The notes under the pieces are model-generated. The model had not been told where the DNA came from. It saw only the letters and a program-made list of their open reading frames with translations, and ran no database searches. A DNA stretch of 56,363 nucleotides, taken from Veleropilina oligotropha. Taxonomy: Eukaryota. Shown here piece by piece: positions 20,948-35,053 of this stretch. The stretch is taken from assembly GCA_048128005.1 (NCBI GenBank), contig JBEUKZ010000102.1, positions 124,001 through 180,363 on the forward strand, written 5' to 3'. How positions within the stretch are numbered: the first letter of the stretch is position 1; each line of letters opens with the position of its first letter. Position numbers and translations under genes: made by a program.

Positions 20948-21186
20948 ATAACGAAGCTCTTCATAGTATTAATTTATACAATTATTATCGTAGTACATAC
21001 ATTTATATGTTTTCATCAATATATAACCATGATATTAAGTATTGCATGTATGCACATAGCACTGCACCTTCCTGCACATCTTGTTTGTATTTTATTTATT
21101 ATATCTTTTGTAAGGAGAGGGTACTTTGATAAGTTTATTTAACTTTTTACCCGATCCTATCCTTGAGGGAATAAATATGTTCAAAA
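18197..21186 (+). mobile_element. 5'-truncated CR1/L2-group LINE
   Basis: 6-bp TSD ACTTGA (18191-18196, 21187-21192). Open frame from 18197. 3' UTR ends GAATAAATATGTTCAAAA. The host repeat is uninterrupted near 32845-32890. Confidence 0.9.
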
Positions 21187-21462
21187 ACTTGACCGATCTG
21201 ATCAAAATTTGTTTCTATAGCAAGGGCTTCCATATATACACACCTATATATGATATATCATTATTCTAGTCACAAAGCTTTTTGAGATATTGCCATTTAA
21301 GAATTAAAATCACCGACAATATCGAAAATATCTCAAAACGAGGCGCTTTAAACGATTTTAAAAACCCATCTTTTTACAGTATTTAAGTAGTTGATAGATG
21401 AAGCATTCTTCCAATTTTCAGAAAAATTAATCAGAGATATGGAGATATCTCGAGAACTACAC

Positions 21463-21660
21463 TGGGTAGAAGCCTGAAATTTGCGGCATGCGATTCAGAG
21501 TCGTTATATGTATATAATAAAAAAAATGAATTTTTTTTTTTTAAAGAAAATTAAATTTAAAAAACAAAAACAAAAATTAAATTATTTTTTTTATTTATTT
21601 ATTTTATTATTTCGTAATGAATATATGGCCACTCTGAATCGAATGCCGCAAATTTCTACA
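21463..21660. repeat. Fold-back repeat with AT-rich centre, second copy at 32388-32577
   Basis: GAAATTTGCGGCATRCGATTCAGAGT ... ACTCTGAATCGAATGCCGCAAATTTC. Confidence 0.75.
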
Positions 21661-22220
21661 CCGCATAGTTCTCGAGATATGTCCATTTGAAAATGAATGT
21701 GTAATATTTAGATACTGATTAATTGTTAACTGGTGGATATTGTTATACTTTCTTCAGTAGCCTTTACGCACACATTTATTGTATAAGAAGCTTTATTATA
21801 TTCATTAATATAATGTTTGGTCTAACATAAGGGAGAATGTAGTGGATTGCTGTTATAATGCATATACAGTACTCTTATTAGATATGGGAGATAACTCCTA
21901 TCACCTTAATTGTGTATTGATTGTCTCCCAGACATATCGCAATGTACTCTGCAATAAAGCAATGTGGATTAAATTCGTCTGCTTGTGTTATATAGTTAAA
22001 TCTGTAACCACCATCAACAAGACACTTCATATCATATACTTTTTTGTGCCGCATCCAGTGATGTCACGCATAAACAAACAAAAAAAAGTAATCGCATTCA
22101 AATTAGACAATTTTTTCTGATTATATATTGCTATCGAACAAGTATTTGTGATAATGTATATTGTTGTTGTTGCGAAAAATATATACGAGAAGGTAACTGA
22201 CATATTTTCATAATGATTGA

Positions 22221-22476
22221 TCGACTGACTGACTGACTGATTTAATTGTTCGTTCCATTTAATGAACCTGTAGGGCTAAACCGGGACTATTCCGTATTAT
22301 TGTGGGAGCAAAGCTCGCATTAACCGGTAAAACCCACGTACCTCGGTCGGTTACGGTCAACTGTGTCTGATAACCTTACAAATGCTGTCTCAGAATGGGT
22401 CGAACCCGCAATGCGCAAGGCCATTGCAGACAGACCAAGTAGATTTAGTTCCACCACTCGGCCACCGGGCGCACTC
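22221..22476 (-). mobile_element. tRNA-derived SINE, family B; relatives near 25550-25710, 29495-29722, 31081-31305, 37470-37690
   Basis: Minus-strand A box GGTGGCCGAGTGG and B box GGGTTCGACCC, (CAGT)n tail, 9-bp TSD AATGATTGA (22212-22220, 22477-22485). Confidence 0.85.
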
Positions 22477-22707
22477 AATGATTGAATTATCATCCCGAGT
22501 CAAGACATTATTCTATTCCATACATTAAGGAAATCTGATATACAATTAGTTGGTGAATTTCATTCATATCGCAGCATAAGAACACGTAAAGGTGTTGACT
22601 ATGTACTTGATGCAAGATCGTTTCTTCGTCGCTTTATAACTTAAATTGTTGATCAATTTCTTATTTTCACCACAGATTTCTTTACACGTTCATTAGGATA
22701 TGAATAC

Positions 22708-24266
22708 TTAAATCACAGCTGTGACGTCACCCATTGTTCTTTGCAACCATTATGTGGCATAATGTACTGCAAGCATGAAGTAACAGTCTATTATTAATTG
22801 GCTGCTGTCCATTATTTCGGCTAGGTGTCTATTATTTTAATAATGGACAGTGAAATAATGGACAGTGAAATAATGGACAGTGAAATAATGGACAGTGACA
22901 AACTAAAAATAGACAATTTTTTCAGATATAATGTACAAATGATCAGCAAGGTAACAATTGACTTTTACATAAGCTAAAACAACAACAAAAAGGCAAATTG
23001 TAAAGCGTTTAATGGACACTTACTGCACTTTGCAGCAGTTCAAAATAAATATGACAATACAATATACATTTTACCGATATAATATTATGTATATCCATTG
23101 AAGAAAAATCTTTTCTTTATCACCAGATCACGAGTTGTAGGTAGCATTTTTTTTCTATCACGAATTTCATCTTGGATATATCCTTTATATATCCTCCAAA
23201 TACGACCATAAATATCACATATAATGTTGACGATGACGACGACGACGACGGAGACGAATATTCGTATAACGTGTTTGGATCATATTTGATCAATCACAAT
23301 TCATAATTCCATCTATCGGATTCCGAAAAGAATGCGAACAATCATGATAATCCAATAAACCTTGTAAATCAAATGCATTATTACCAGATTACGAGTACAT
23401 CCATTCGGAGTGATTAATCCATCGCATATAGGTCCATCCAATGCCGAAATTCTCTTTATGGTTTAAATTATAATCCATTACAGATATGGGACGCTGAAAA
23501 ATACAGAAATAATATTAAAGAAAGAACGAAAACAAGTATCCAAAATCAGTAAATGTCTTATTTCACCAATACAAGCATAGTTTAGGTATAGAACCAATTC
23601 CAGAAATGATTCTGACCGTCCGCAATCGGCCAGGTATCATTTCTAGATACAAATTAGTTCACCATAAAAATCTGTTCTCGGTCATTCAGGCTAACGCTAT
23701 GCAACTGTGTTATACATTAATTTTAAGTGCAGAATCAATGCATAAACGTAATGGTAATTAATGTTTGCATGATTCGTGCAGCTAAACACCAATATTAAAT
23801 TCCCCGTGAAAATTATACTCTAACATTATAGTTTTGTCAGTTTTCAGCTGTTGATGATAGTCTAAAACAGTATATATAACTTAAACAGCACCAATATTCA
23901 ATACAAATTCAAATTTGCTATTTTAAATATCTTACCTTTTGTAACTGAGACCGGAGGTTTACACCTCTATGTTATCCAAACAAATATCGGTGAATGTTGA
24001 CAACAATGGGAAATGAACATCCACACGCAGCATGCTTTTTCAGCATTGTCAAAATTATCCTGCATGTTTGCCTAATTATAATAACAAATGACAAATTAGG
24101 AAACAGAGACGTGTCCAATATGAAGACAATAGGGAAGCTGTGATTTAAGTCGGAAATACGCCTTAAAGTCTCCATTATGTCAGATAATAGACAGTTCTCG
24201 GCGCTAACGCGCCTCGAACTGTCTATTATCTGACATAATGGACACTTTTCGGCCTATCTCCTTCAC
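22708..24266. mobile_element. Crypton-like non-autonomous element
   Basis: Absent from the paralogous site near 31354 (TGAATAC|ATATTT). Terminal hairpin ~24145-24260. Only AC microhomology, no TSD. Confidence 0.75.
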
Positions 24267-25298
24267 ATATTTTTGTAATCATCGTGTTGCATGCATATAT
24301 TATGTTGCAATTTTGTTGACGATTGTCTATATTTTGATGTGGGTTTGCGTTGTCTAGCCTATTGTAGGCGTGTGATATTTGTGGGCGTCTGTTAGGAACA
24401 TGTCACCCACTAAAATGTCTGTCATTAAGTATTGCTATTACACGATTATCTACGGAATCGATTGGGAGTTTCAAATGGGGCATCATTCGTTGAATCGAGC
24501 CTTATCGAGTATGGCGCTGGAATTTTAACGGTTGAAAACCGTGTGTCCCCAGTTCATCCAGAGTGGTGCCCGTTATCAGCCAGTGAGAGGTTTAAAGGAG
24601 GCAACCGCAAATTCGAAGATCGTTGTTTACCTAATTGGAACAGTTCTTACGAGGTTTCGCATGGATAATTTCCAGCAAAGTTGATCACCAGAGGTCAAAG
24701 TCAAGGTCAAATTTTAAAAAGTACCTATGTGCAAAACTTCCTATAGGCCCCAATAGTAACGTTATCTATAACTATAATATTTTAGAAGATAATGCTACGA
24801 ATTATGCAGTGGTAAATTTTCATATTTGAAAATTCAAAATGTTTTTTGAAGATTTGCTCATAACCACGTGGTACCTAAATTTTTAATGTTGTCGCTCAAG
24901 GAAGTTATTTAAGCTTTGAAAATCATTTCAAATTCAAAGTCAAGATGATATCGGCGGCATTACCATACTGAAACGCAATAATTAATATCGTCAAATGAAA
25001 ACGTCATTGCTCGGCTGGATGTGGTAGAGTGTAATCTAATTAAATCTCATGACCAATACAAGCTTATTGTCAGCTTTACGTCAGCTTTACATTTTATAAC
25101 TTCCCGATGGTAGAGTGGGCAAGAGCGCTTCTTCATTTTCATTTGTACAGACGAACTGGCTAAGTGGGTTGTCGATACCGGTGCAATGCATTTTGGAATC
25201 CGTGGTTCACAACTCTCCGGAATGATCTGCTATCGATAATGCTGGCTTTCCTCGCATATGCAGTAGTTTTCATGAACTCAACATTTTAATTAGCATCG
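24267..25298 (+). repeat. Local duplication, near-identical to 31355-32387; 22200-22445 and 22658-22707 also recur at 31061-31354
   Basis: Direct comparison; duplicated small ORFs 24432/31520 and 24635/31723. Confidence 0.95.
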
Positions 25299-26102
25299 CA
25301 GTAGCGAGTATACGATCATACAAGGAAAGGATTTCTTTCAATTAAACGATCGTCTCGCTCTAATACATCCAACAGCCCATTAGATTCCCAGACGCGTTAA
25401 CCACCACGTGATAATATAGACATCTCCAAATGACCATATATGTGCATGTAAAGCGGACACAATAAATACGATGCATTGGCAAATAATTTATGCATATTAG
25501 CAACGAGACAGTCGTGTTTTCGTCCCATTCAATGGAATACACCTCTAGGGTTATAAAGAGCCTATCACGGTTTAACAGGCGAAACCCACATACCGGTCAA
25601 TTACCGACAACTGTCAGATATCTTAGCAAACGGATTCGAACCTGCAACGCGATTGCAAACGTGCCAAGTAGATTTAGCACAGTCACTAGAATCACTCTGC
25701 CATTGGGCGCCCTAATAATAAATAATGGAGATATAAGCAAGGAATGCATAGTGTCGTAAAATACAGATTGGATCGTGCTTGTACAAATTTCATGGAAGTA
25801 TTGTTATCACCAATGATAATTTCACCCCTCTCATCTAGTTTTGCCAAGAAACTAAAAACTACGGGATCCTTCGTAGGACGCAAGTGAATCGACTATCAAG
25901 ACTGATATAGTCCAAGCTCGCGTGTATACATGCAACGCTCAAATTCCGACGAAGTCTTAAATATGGTATGCATTTAGCAAAGTAATATAGATCATGAAAA
26001 AACAAATGACAGAAATTACAAAATATTTTATTAAAGACAAAATATGCTCAGGAAATGCGAAATAACGGATAGATGAATTACCAGAGATTTTCTCTCTAGT
26101 TA

Positions 26103-29061
26103 TTACATTGCATCCACCAATGCATCTTCACTGGTGGATGCTGTTGCACTGGTGGATGTGGTAGTTTCCTCCATTAGGTGGATGGAGAGGTTATTTATCG
26201 TATTTCTACCCGTGATATCGCCAGAGACGCCGCTGATGCTGCAAAGAAGAAACGTAGTTAAGTCTTCTGCATCCTCTAGGATTTCGGTTTTGCCGGTGTT
26301 AAAGACTGCATCAAGCAACGCCTGAGCTTCGATGGTATAAAGCTGGTTATTATCCAGAATTATGTCGACATGGAACCTTTTTCTCAGCATTTCGGTCTTG
26401 AAAACCATTCCGCATTCGCATGTCTGCAGGCTCGCAGAAGGTATGGTTGAAATCACTGCCGAGCATAGTCTGCACAGGCGGGTAAATTTAGCGTATACCG
26501 AGATCACTGTCCCGGCGATTCTACGGAGGGGGGGTTCCGGGGGTGGGTCGCACACGGGTCCGATATCCTTTACCTCCTTTATTTCACAGCCATTGGTGAT
26601 AGTCAGGAATACTTGTCTTTGAAAGCGCCGCGTTTCGCGTCGTGAATACTGTACGATTTGCCAACGGCGAGGATATGAGAGCAGCCCTCCCATATGCTCA
26701 CTCGAATAGATTCCGTCGAATCAGCCACCATGTAGGTGCGGAGTTTTAGCGTTCGCCCGTCTCGGGTCTCTGTCTGGATGCCGTCGTTGCCCTTTGCTAC
26801 TTCGAAGCACACGTTTACCTGAAATGATGCATTGCATTTAGTGTTTATCCAATAATCTGATAATACAAGATCACAATGTGCAAAGTAAATTGCAAATTCC
26901 TGTTACATATTGCCTTCTTATCGTTTCCAGGATCACAACGCCATAGATCATGTATCTATCTTTGGGTGTGCCTTATGCTTCGAATAGCGTCATTTTCAAT
27001 AGGTCCGATTTAATACTAAAAAATTGTTGACGTGGTCGTTAAACATTGACAAATACACGGCGCGACGCCAACGAAAACGATAAGCACATTAAATTGAGCA
27101 GCAAAGACATTTATTGCAAAATAATACAATGAAATAATTTTAATCGATACTTATATTTAACGAAGTGTCAAGTGGCTCAAAAAATGGATTTATACGAGTA
27201 CAGAACAAATAACAGGGATGTTGCCTTGCACTATAGGCTAGGTATATATTCGATGGGCATTAGGGTTAGTGCACAAGACAAGCAGGATTAGATAACCGCT
27301 TAAAATATCGAACTTGATATACAATTATTTTTCGGTCTCGATTCGTGACTTTACGGCAATTACAACGAAGGTATATTTCATCATTGCGCATGACATCATG
27401 ATCTAACACTAAGGCCCTGTCTGATTACAAAGAATCCGAAACCGGTTTCAGATTCTGTGCTGTCTGTTTACAACAGATTCGATGAATCTGAATCCAGATT
27501 CGCGAATCGGTGAATCTGCTCGCGAGATGGATTCACCAGATTCGATGCTGAAACAAGATGGCGGCGACCGGTGACAATGCGTAAGTTTGCATTAATATTT
27601 ACGGAAATTGAATAAAGATACATGTTGACACATCGCAGTATGATTATGCAACTTTTATTTATGCGAATGACGCTACCAACAGCTAAGCAATAATTCGGAA
27701 TATTAGAAATTAAGCTGCCATCATCTTAAAAAATGAAGTCGAATACCGAGAACGGGATCGATCGAACAGCTCAGCTTATTGACAGTCCCTCACGCCAAAA
27801 ACCACACCGATTCATATTCCAGCCTGGCAGGTCAATAATATTGTAATTTACTTTAATCAGCTTATGGTTACCGTTCTAAAGTCCCGTCACTGTTTGCACG
27901 ATTATTTCGGGAATTGGCATTGTTCGTGATTATCCGCAACAAGAAATGCATACGCCTATAGTGTATGCTAGCCATAGCAGTTGCTACGGTGATACCCATT
28001 TTCAGATTCATTGCGTTATTTTACAACAGTTAGATTCGGGAATCTGGATTCGGAATCCGAATCCGGATTCATTGTAATCAGACAGGGCCTAGCAACCAAT
28101 CGTAATAACTTTCAAGAATTTCCGAACAAATATACGGCAACGTAGGCCTACTTGTAGCCACAGCCTATATTTAACATGGCAAAGTTTCAAGGCTGGTATG
28201 CAAATGACGTTTAAGCTGAAAATAATTGATACATCAAAAGCACAGCAGTAATATATCTTAATTCAAATCGTCATACAAGCCAGAATATGATCTAGTGTAC
28301 ATGATTTTACTTACAGTAGTCAGCTGGCATTGGGTTCCTTTGATGGCGTTGATCGTAGAGAAGACCTTGGCAGGCGGCACTTTTCTCTTGAATTTCACGT
28401 TGGCACAGGGGACTTTTAAGACTTCGATGAGGGACCCCTTGCTACATTTAAAGTCGTAGGATTCGTGTAGCCTGAAGAAAAGAAATGTATTTATTACTAA
28501 AATCAAATTGTTATGCTATCTACGCAATGCTAAAAAAACAGCACGATGTCTTTCGAAATGCTCTAGGCGCTTTAAATACAGGCATGCATTGTAATAATCA
28601 ATAGGCATAAAGTAACCATTACTGTTCTGGCAAACGATGTTGACCAACATGCGTACACATTTTGGTTTTCCGGATTCCGACATACTTTTATAAATAAACA
28701 AATCAACAAAATCGGATGACCCCCGATCCGTAACCCAGATGAATTCAATATTGCAAAGACTGGTTCTTGGCTCATGGTCAAACATTTCAAGTAATCCTGA
28801 TAACAAACTCGCAAACAAACAAACGGACAAAGTCAGACGAAAACGGCCTCCTTGTTTTTCAGAGGTAACTAGTACTGCCCGACAAACAATACGACAATAT
28901 TGTAATACTTACTTGTTACTTTCGTAACAGAAGTCACTTTCACGGGACGCTTAGATTCAGCAGCCGCAACCATTTATCGGGGAAACTTCCTGTAGATATC
29001 CGATAACGTCTTCGAATTCGTCGGCATCCTGCACGCGGGCTTTCTTTAAAGGAGTTTCCAT
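26103..29061 (-). pseudogene. Three-exon RPA-like multi-OB-fold ssDNA-binding protein pseudogene; exons ~29061-28913, 28471-28315, 26818-26103
   Basis: GTAAGT donors at 28912 and 28314, CAG acceptors at 28472 and 26819, exon 2-3 join in phase. OB motif YMVADSTESIRVSIWEG..GKSYSI; Zn ribbon CRLC..CEC. Stops in exon 1, frameshift near 26605, AATAAA at ~26030. Confidence 0.65.
27413..28089. mobile_element. Harbinger-like MITE in intron of the OB-fold pseudogene
   Basis: TIR GGCCCTGTCTGATTACAA/TTGTAATCAGACAGGGCC flanked by TAA/TAG. Confidence 0.85.
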
Positions 29062-30097
29062 AATAGTGAATATATATCATGCGTTCAATAATATAAAAAG
29101 CTGTGATCTGAGATTTCGCGCAAAGTTTCGGGATTTTATGCCTGCATAAATAATGTATCACGTGATAAAATGACGTTTTCATGCCATATTTGGTTTGATG
29201 TTGCTTGTTTCACAAAATGGACTAATCCTAATTAAATATAATTACCATATTCACCATGGCAAAAATCAGCACCTAAGATCAAGGACATACAATTTGTTAT
29301 ATAACTTGATGTTACATAATGTAAAGTTACGCAATTTATCAGAAATTAGGCTATTTTCTGTTAATATATATCAATATTGAGGATATAAAGAATTCCACAA
29401 CGGAAAATTTAGACATTTTATGTAATAATTGTGTTATGTTTTATAACATTGTATATATCATTATTAATATCATTATCACATTAAGTGTGTGTCTCATTTA
29501 ATGAACATTTCGAGCTATACCGGGACTAATCCGTAAATATTGTTAGAAGGAAGCACGGATTAACCGGCGAAACCCACGCACCTTGGTCGGTCTCGGACAA
29601 CCGTGTCTGAAAATCTCGCAAATGCTGTCTTCGATCGGATTCGAACCCACAACGCAAGGCCAGAGCAGACAGGCCAAGTAGATTTAGTACTTTCACTAGA
29701 ACCACTCGGTCACCAGGCGCCCCAGTCACCATAAGTAATCACCCATATCTGTCTATTTGTTTGTTTGGTAGCAAGATCTGTCTAACAGTTAACGGATTTT
29801 GATGAAGCTTTCATGATGATTGCTCCTAATCATCTTATTCTGATTGTGCTGGCCATATAGAAGTTGCGGGTTCAAAAACGGTGAAACCCATGCGCACTGG
29901 TATGCTATGGATAACCGTGTCTGATAATCTTACATAGAACTACCAGAGTAGGTAGGCCGAACAGATTAAACGCTTCGCTCTACAATTCGGCCACCGGGAG
30001 CCCAGATAGCGACAGATTTAAAAAAAATATTTCAGATCACATATATTTTATTTTATTAGCAATTTTTACAACCACTTTTTAACAATATTTCGGTGAT

Positions 30098-30249
30098 TAG
30101 TAGTCTCGGTTTAACGTATCAATCAGATCAGATACTATGTGCCATGGAGAGGAGAATCATGAAAATAATCATCGGCACATCCGGGGATTGAACCCTGGAC
30201 ATTCGGTTAGAAGACCAGTGTCATATTCACTAAGCCAATTGCCGCCCCC
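30098..30249 (-). mobile_element. tRNA(Arg)-like SINE head/fragment
   Basis: Minus strand TGGCTTAGTG, CTTCTAA loop, GGGTTCAATCCC; stems degenerate. Confidence 0.55.
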
Positions 30250-33200
30250 TAAATTTCAGCGAAAAAAGGGACCGCATGTAAAAGCATGAGTTCGAATCAT
30301 TTGTGGTTTATCTTTGAATTGGTAGTTTTACTACTACTGAATACAAATGATCGTTAGTAGTCGGGACCCCGGTTTAACGCCTGTATCCGATAAACGGACA
30401 CTGCATGCAATGGATACTGGAATCATGTCATTTGTATATGGAATTGAACCGTCCCCTATTCGCTTTGTGTCAATGTGTCACCAGTTACAGCTTTACGAAC
30501 ATCTCAAATGATGGATATTTTGGTTGGTTGGTTGGGTTGATTTTTATTTCATTAAAAGCCCCTCTGCGGGTCATACCGGGATATGTCTATGTTATGGTAG
30601 GTGGAAAGCCTGGAATAGGCCCCATATCCATGCAATGTAATCCACCCGCATCAATCGGTTATAGACATCTGTCTCCGGTAGCACTCGTTGCCTTCGAGAG
30701 CAAAGCTCTATCCGCTCGGCCACCAAGCCTGTCATAATTTAGGGTGAAGGACGTTCGAGTTGACGCGAAAACAAAATCACGGGCGAATGGTATTCAAGTT
30801 AATGTGAAATCAACATCTCAGGTGAAGGACATTGGTGTTACATAACATGGAAAATGTCATGCAAATATTGCCGTATATAGAATCAGATTCTGTTTTTTCA
30901 ATCCACAGTGACCTCGGCGATAAGTTGTAATGTTCATAAAATCATATGGTGTCATTTACACAAATCACCAGCCACGAACATTCAATTTTCCATATATAAT
31001 AATATGAAATGCAACAACAACACCTCCAGTAACGATCTTTCAATTTTCCGTACAGAATAAACATATTTTCATAATGATTGATCGACTGACTGACTGACTG
31101 ATTTAATTGTTCGTTCCATTTAATGAACCTGTAGGGCTAAACCGGGACTATTCCGTATTATTGTGGGAGCAAAGCTCGCATTAACCGGTAAAACCCACGT
31201 ACCTCGGTCGGTTACGGTCAACCGTGTCTGATAACCTTACAAATGCTGTCTCAGAACGGATCGAACCCGCAATGCGCAAGGCCATTGCAGACAGACCAAG
31301 TAGATTCTTATTTTCACCACAGATTTCTTTACACGTTCATTAGGATATGAATACATATTTTTTTAATCATCGTGTTGCATGCATATATTATGTTGCAATT
31401 TTGTTGACGATTGTCTATATTTTGATGTGGGTTTGCGTTGTCTAGCCTATTGTAGGCGTGTGATATTTGTGGGCGTCTGTTAGGAACATGTCACCCACTA
31501 AAATGTCTGTCATTAAGTATTGCTATTACACGATTATCTACGGAATCGATTGGGAGTTTCAAATGGGGCATCATTCGTTGAATCGAGCCTTATCGAGTAT
31601 GGCGCTGGAATTTTAACGGTTGCAAACCGTGTGTCCCCAGTTCATCCAGAGTGGTGCCCGTTAGCAGCCAGTGAGAGGTTTAATGGAGGCAACCGCAAAT
31701 TCGAAGATCGTTGTTTACCTAATTGGAACAGTTCTTACGAGGTTTCGCATGGATAATTTCCAGCAAAGTTGATCACCAGAGGTCAAAGTCAAGGTCAAAT
31801 TTTAAAAAGTACCTATGTGCAAAACTTCCTATAGGCCCCAATAGTAACGTTATCTATAACTATAATATTTTAGAAGATAATGCTACGAATTATGCAGTGG
31901 TAAATTTTCATATTTGAAAATTCAAAATGTTTTTTGAAGATTTGCTCATAACCACGTGGTATCTAAATTTTTAATGTTGTCGCTCAAGGAAGTTATTTAA
32001 GCTTTGAAAATCATTTCAAATTCAAAGTCAAGATGATATCGGCGGCATTACCATACTGAAACGCAATAATTAATATCGTCAAATGAAAACGTCATTGCTC
32101 GGCTGGATGTGGTAGAGTGGAATCTAATTAAATCTCATGACCAATACAAGCTTATTGTCAGCTTTACGTCAGCTTTACATTTTATAACTTCCAGATGGTA
32201 GAGTGGGCAAGAGCGCTTCTTCATTTTCATTTGTACAGACGAACTGGCTAAGTGGGTTGTCGATACCGGTGCAATGCATTTTGGAATCCGTGGTTCACAA
32301 CTCTCCGGAATGATCTGCTATCGATAATGCTGGCTTTCCTCGCATATGCAGTAGTTTTCACTAACTCAACATTTTAATTAGCATCGCTGGGTAGAAGCCT
32401 GAAATTTGCGGCATACGATTCAGAGTCGTTATATGTATATAATAAAAAAAAATTAAATTTATTTTTTTAAAGAAAATTAAATTTAAAAAAAAAAATAATA
32501 ATTTTTTTATTTTATTTATTATTTTATTATTTCATGATGAACATATGGCCACTCTGAATCGAATGCCGCAAATTTCAATTTTGTTTTTTTCCAAAAAAAT
32601 ATTTGACGTAATTTAAAATATCTAAGCTCTAGGACCAGTCTTAACCTAGTTATCCCCTTTATGACCATTTTATATCGTCCAAATAGGCATTTTTCCTTAA
32701 ATAGGTCACCTGAGGTCAAAGGTCAAAGTGGATTTGGAATACCCACCCATGACTTCCCATAGGCTCCCTATAGTAACCATGTCTCTAGCTACAATATTAT
32801 TGAAGATATTAGCTGTTAAAGAATTTGGAAAATTCAATCAAAGATGGCGGATGACCTAATTAACCGATCTGGCCAAGATTGGTTTCTATAGCATATGCAC
32901 CTAAATATGAAATATCGTTACTCTAGCTGCAAAAGTTTTAGAGATATTGCCATTTAAAAATCACAAAATATATTTTTGCCATATCGAGATTCGAACCCAG
33001 GTCCTCTCAATTGGGAGTGAGCTCATTAAATTGACCTCAAAATAACACCATCTAGTGACATGCTACACATAAACATTTGTAAAAATGCATAAAATCACAA
33101 AAATATATTTTTGACATATCATGATTCCCGAGTCCTCCCAATTGGGAGTCTAGAACGCTACCACTACGCCACGAGTGAGCTTATTAAGTTGACCTCAAAA

Positions 33201-35053
33201 TAACTACATATGCTTTCACTACCATAATTGCAACCGGGCACTTCGCGATGATGCGCATTGTTTAACTCGCTCCAACTTTGGAAATACGTAATATAATTTC
33301 TTCAACTTTTCAGTATATGTAGTGTGTTGGCATCTTACTTGATGGTGGAAATTTCGAATAGTTAGATAACTTGGTTAAAGAGATATTAAGAATGTCGCAA
33401 AGCGGCGACTTTACAAACTTTGGATGGAAAAACAACGCTATGAAGTTGCTGGAACACCATACATATCAGCGATAAAGTTGTTCATATTGACCTGCTCTAT
33501 TAGTATGCCAAATTTGAGTGATGTGCTTCATGTATTATTGGAGTTAGTGCCCCTGAGAGAGGATTTCAAATGTAATCATTTTGAATTGTTGCAAACTTCA
33601 CATTTCGAATATTTTAATCATTTTTTTTACTCGTATTTACTTAATAACATCAATGTTGCATATTTACAAGAAAAAAAAGTGAATTTTGTTCGATTTGACG
33701 AAAATAGGTTTTTACCAAATTCATTGTTAAAGGCCGCCATTATCGGGAATATCTCAAAACGAGGCACTTAAAACGATATTTCAGAATCCATCTATTAACA
33801 GACTTTAAGTAGATGATAGGCAAAGCATTCTTCCAAGTTTCAGAAAAATTCTTCAGAGACTTTTTTAGCAATGGGCGCAAACGCAAATTCCAAGATGGCG
33901 GCTGACCTAATTGCAAAAGTTATGACTTGGCTTCACAGGGATGACCAGTATATACCTATTAACTTACATATTGAAGTTCATTGCTCTAGCTGAAGTCTTA
34001 ACAAAGTTATTAGCAAAATGGCGTTTTTTTAAATATTTGCATAAAACAAGATGGCCGCCAAACCGGTGGCGCCACCAAACTGAAAAATTTTCAAGCACTA
34101 CTTCAATACGGTAGGTACATATATGCTAAGTTTCAAGTTCATGCCTTTTATAGTTTTTGAGATTTGGGTGGTACAAAATACGGACAAATAATAATAATAA
34201 AAAAAGGTTTACCAATAACAATAGGTCTTCAAGCCTGAAGCTTGAAGCCCTAATGAAATACAATAATTTCCCTGTGAATGTGATCATCCTATCAAATGTG
34301 CGTATAAAAGCATCAAACGGTGACCCTGATCCCAATGATACGGACAAAGCATTGACATATATAAATATGCATTATAACCAAATTCTGCTCATACAGGGAA
34401 ATCGAAGAGATGCAGTGTTCGAGGATCCAACACAACGCGGCCTATACACCAATTACATGGCACTCTAATTAACCCACCAACAGACGGACTGAAACTTGAA
34501 AGCAGGGCCGTGCGGTCGACAGCAAATAGTGATCACATAACGATTGTACACAGTTTGAAAAAAGTAATTCATGTGTATTCGGAAATATTAAATCCTTCTT
34601 GTTGTTTAATAATATTATAAAGATTTGTGTCGTCAATGACAAGTTCGTTTCCATTCTGGGGCAGTCGTCCCTATGGGTCACTGACTCGATCCGTGAATCT
34701 TTGGCCCATTTGCATATTTATTTACCAGACACGTGCACGCAATATGTTATATGTTCCGTCTGCGTTTTCGCTGATAAAAGTTAGTCTACAAACCGTGTCG
34801 TTGTTCAACAGAAGTTTATTAATTAGTCTTAATTCCTTGCTATAACTCCCTAACAGCCTGCGACTGATATCACTCGCTCTACCAGCCATTAATGTTGATT
34901 ACATGCCAGATTCCCCACGTGACCTCTGGTACTATATATAGCATGTCCTATTTATAATTTCTGGGCGGCTAAATTTAGTTACGGGATAGCCGATTTGTTA
35001 TATCGTACGAAAGCCGGATGGTATCACATTCGAATGTAAAAAAAATAATATTT

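Noticed and set aside
23140..23500. Possible coding remnant inside the Crypton-like element
   Set aside because: No recognisable recombinase motif or sustained open frame could be established by eye.
24432..24829. Duplicated small ORFs as genes
   Set aside because: Non-ATG starts, no motifs, and identity is explained by the local duplication.
30172..30249. Functional tRNA-Arg gene
   Set aside because: Stems are poorly paired and it is attached to a SINE-like tail; likewise the fragments near 32980-33170.
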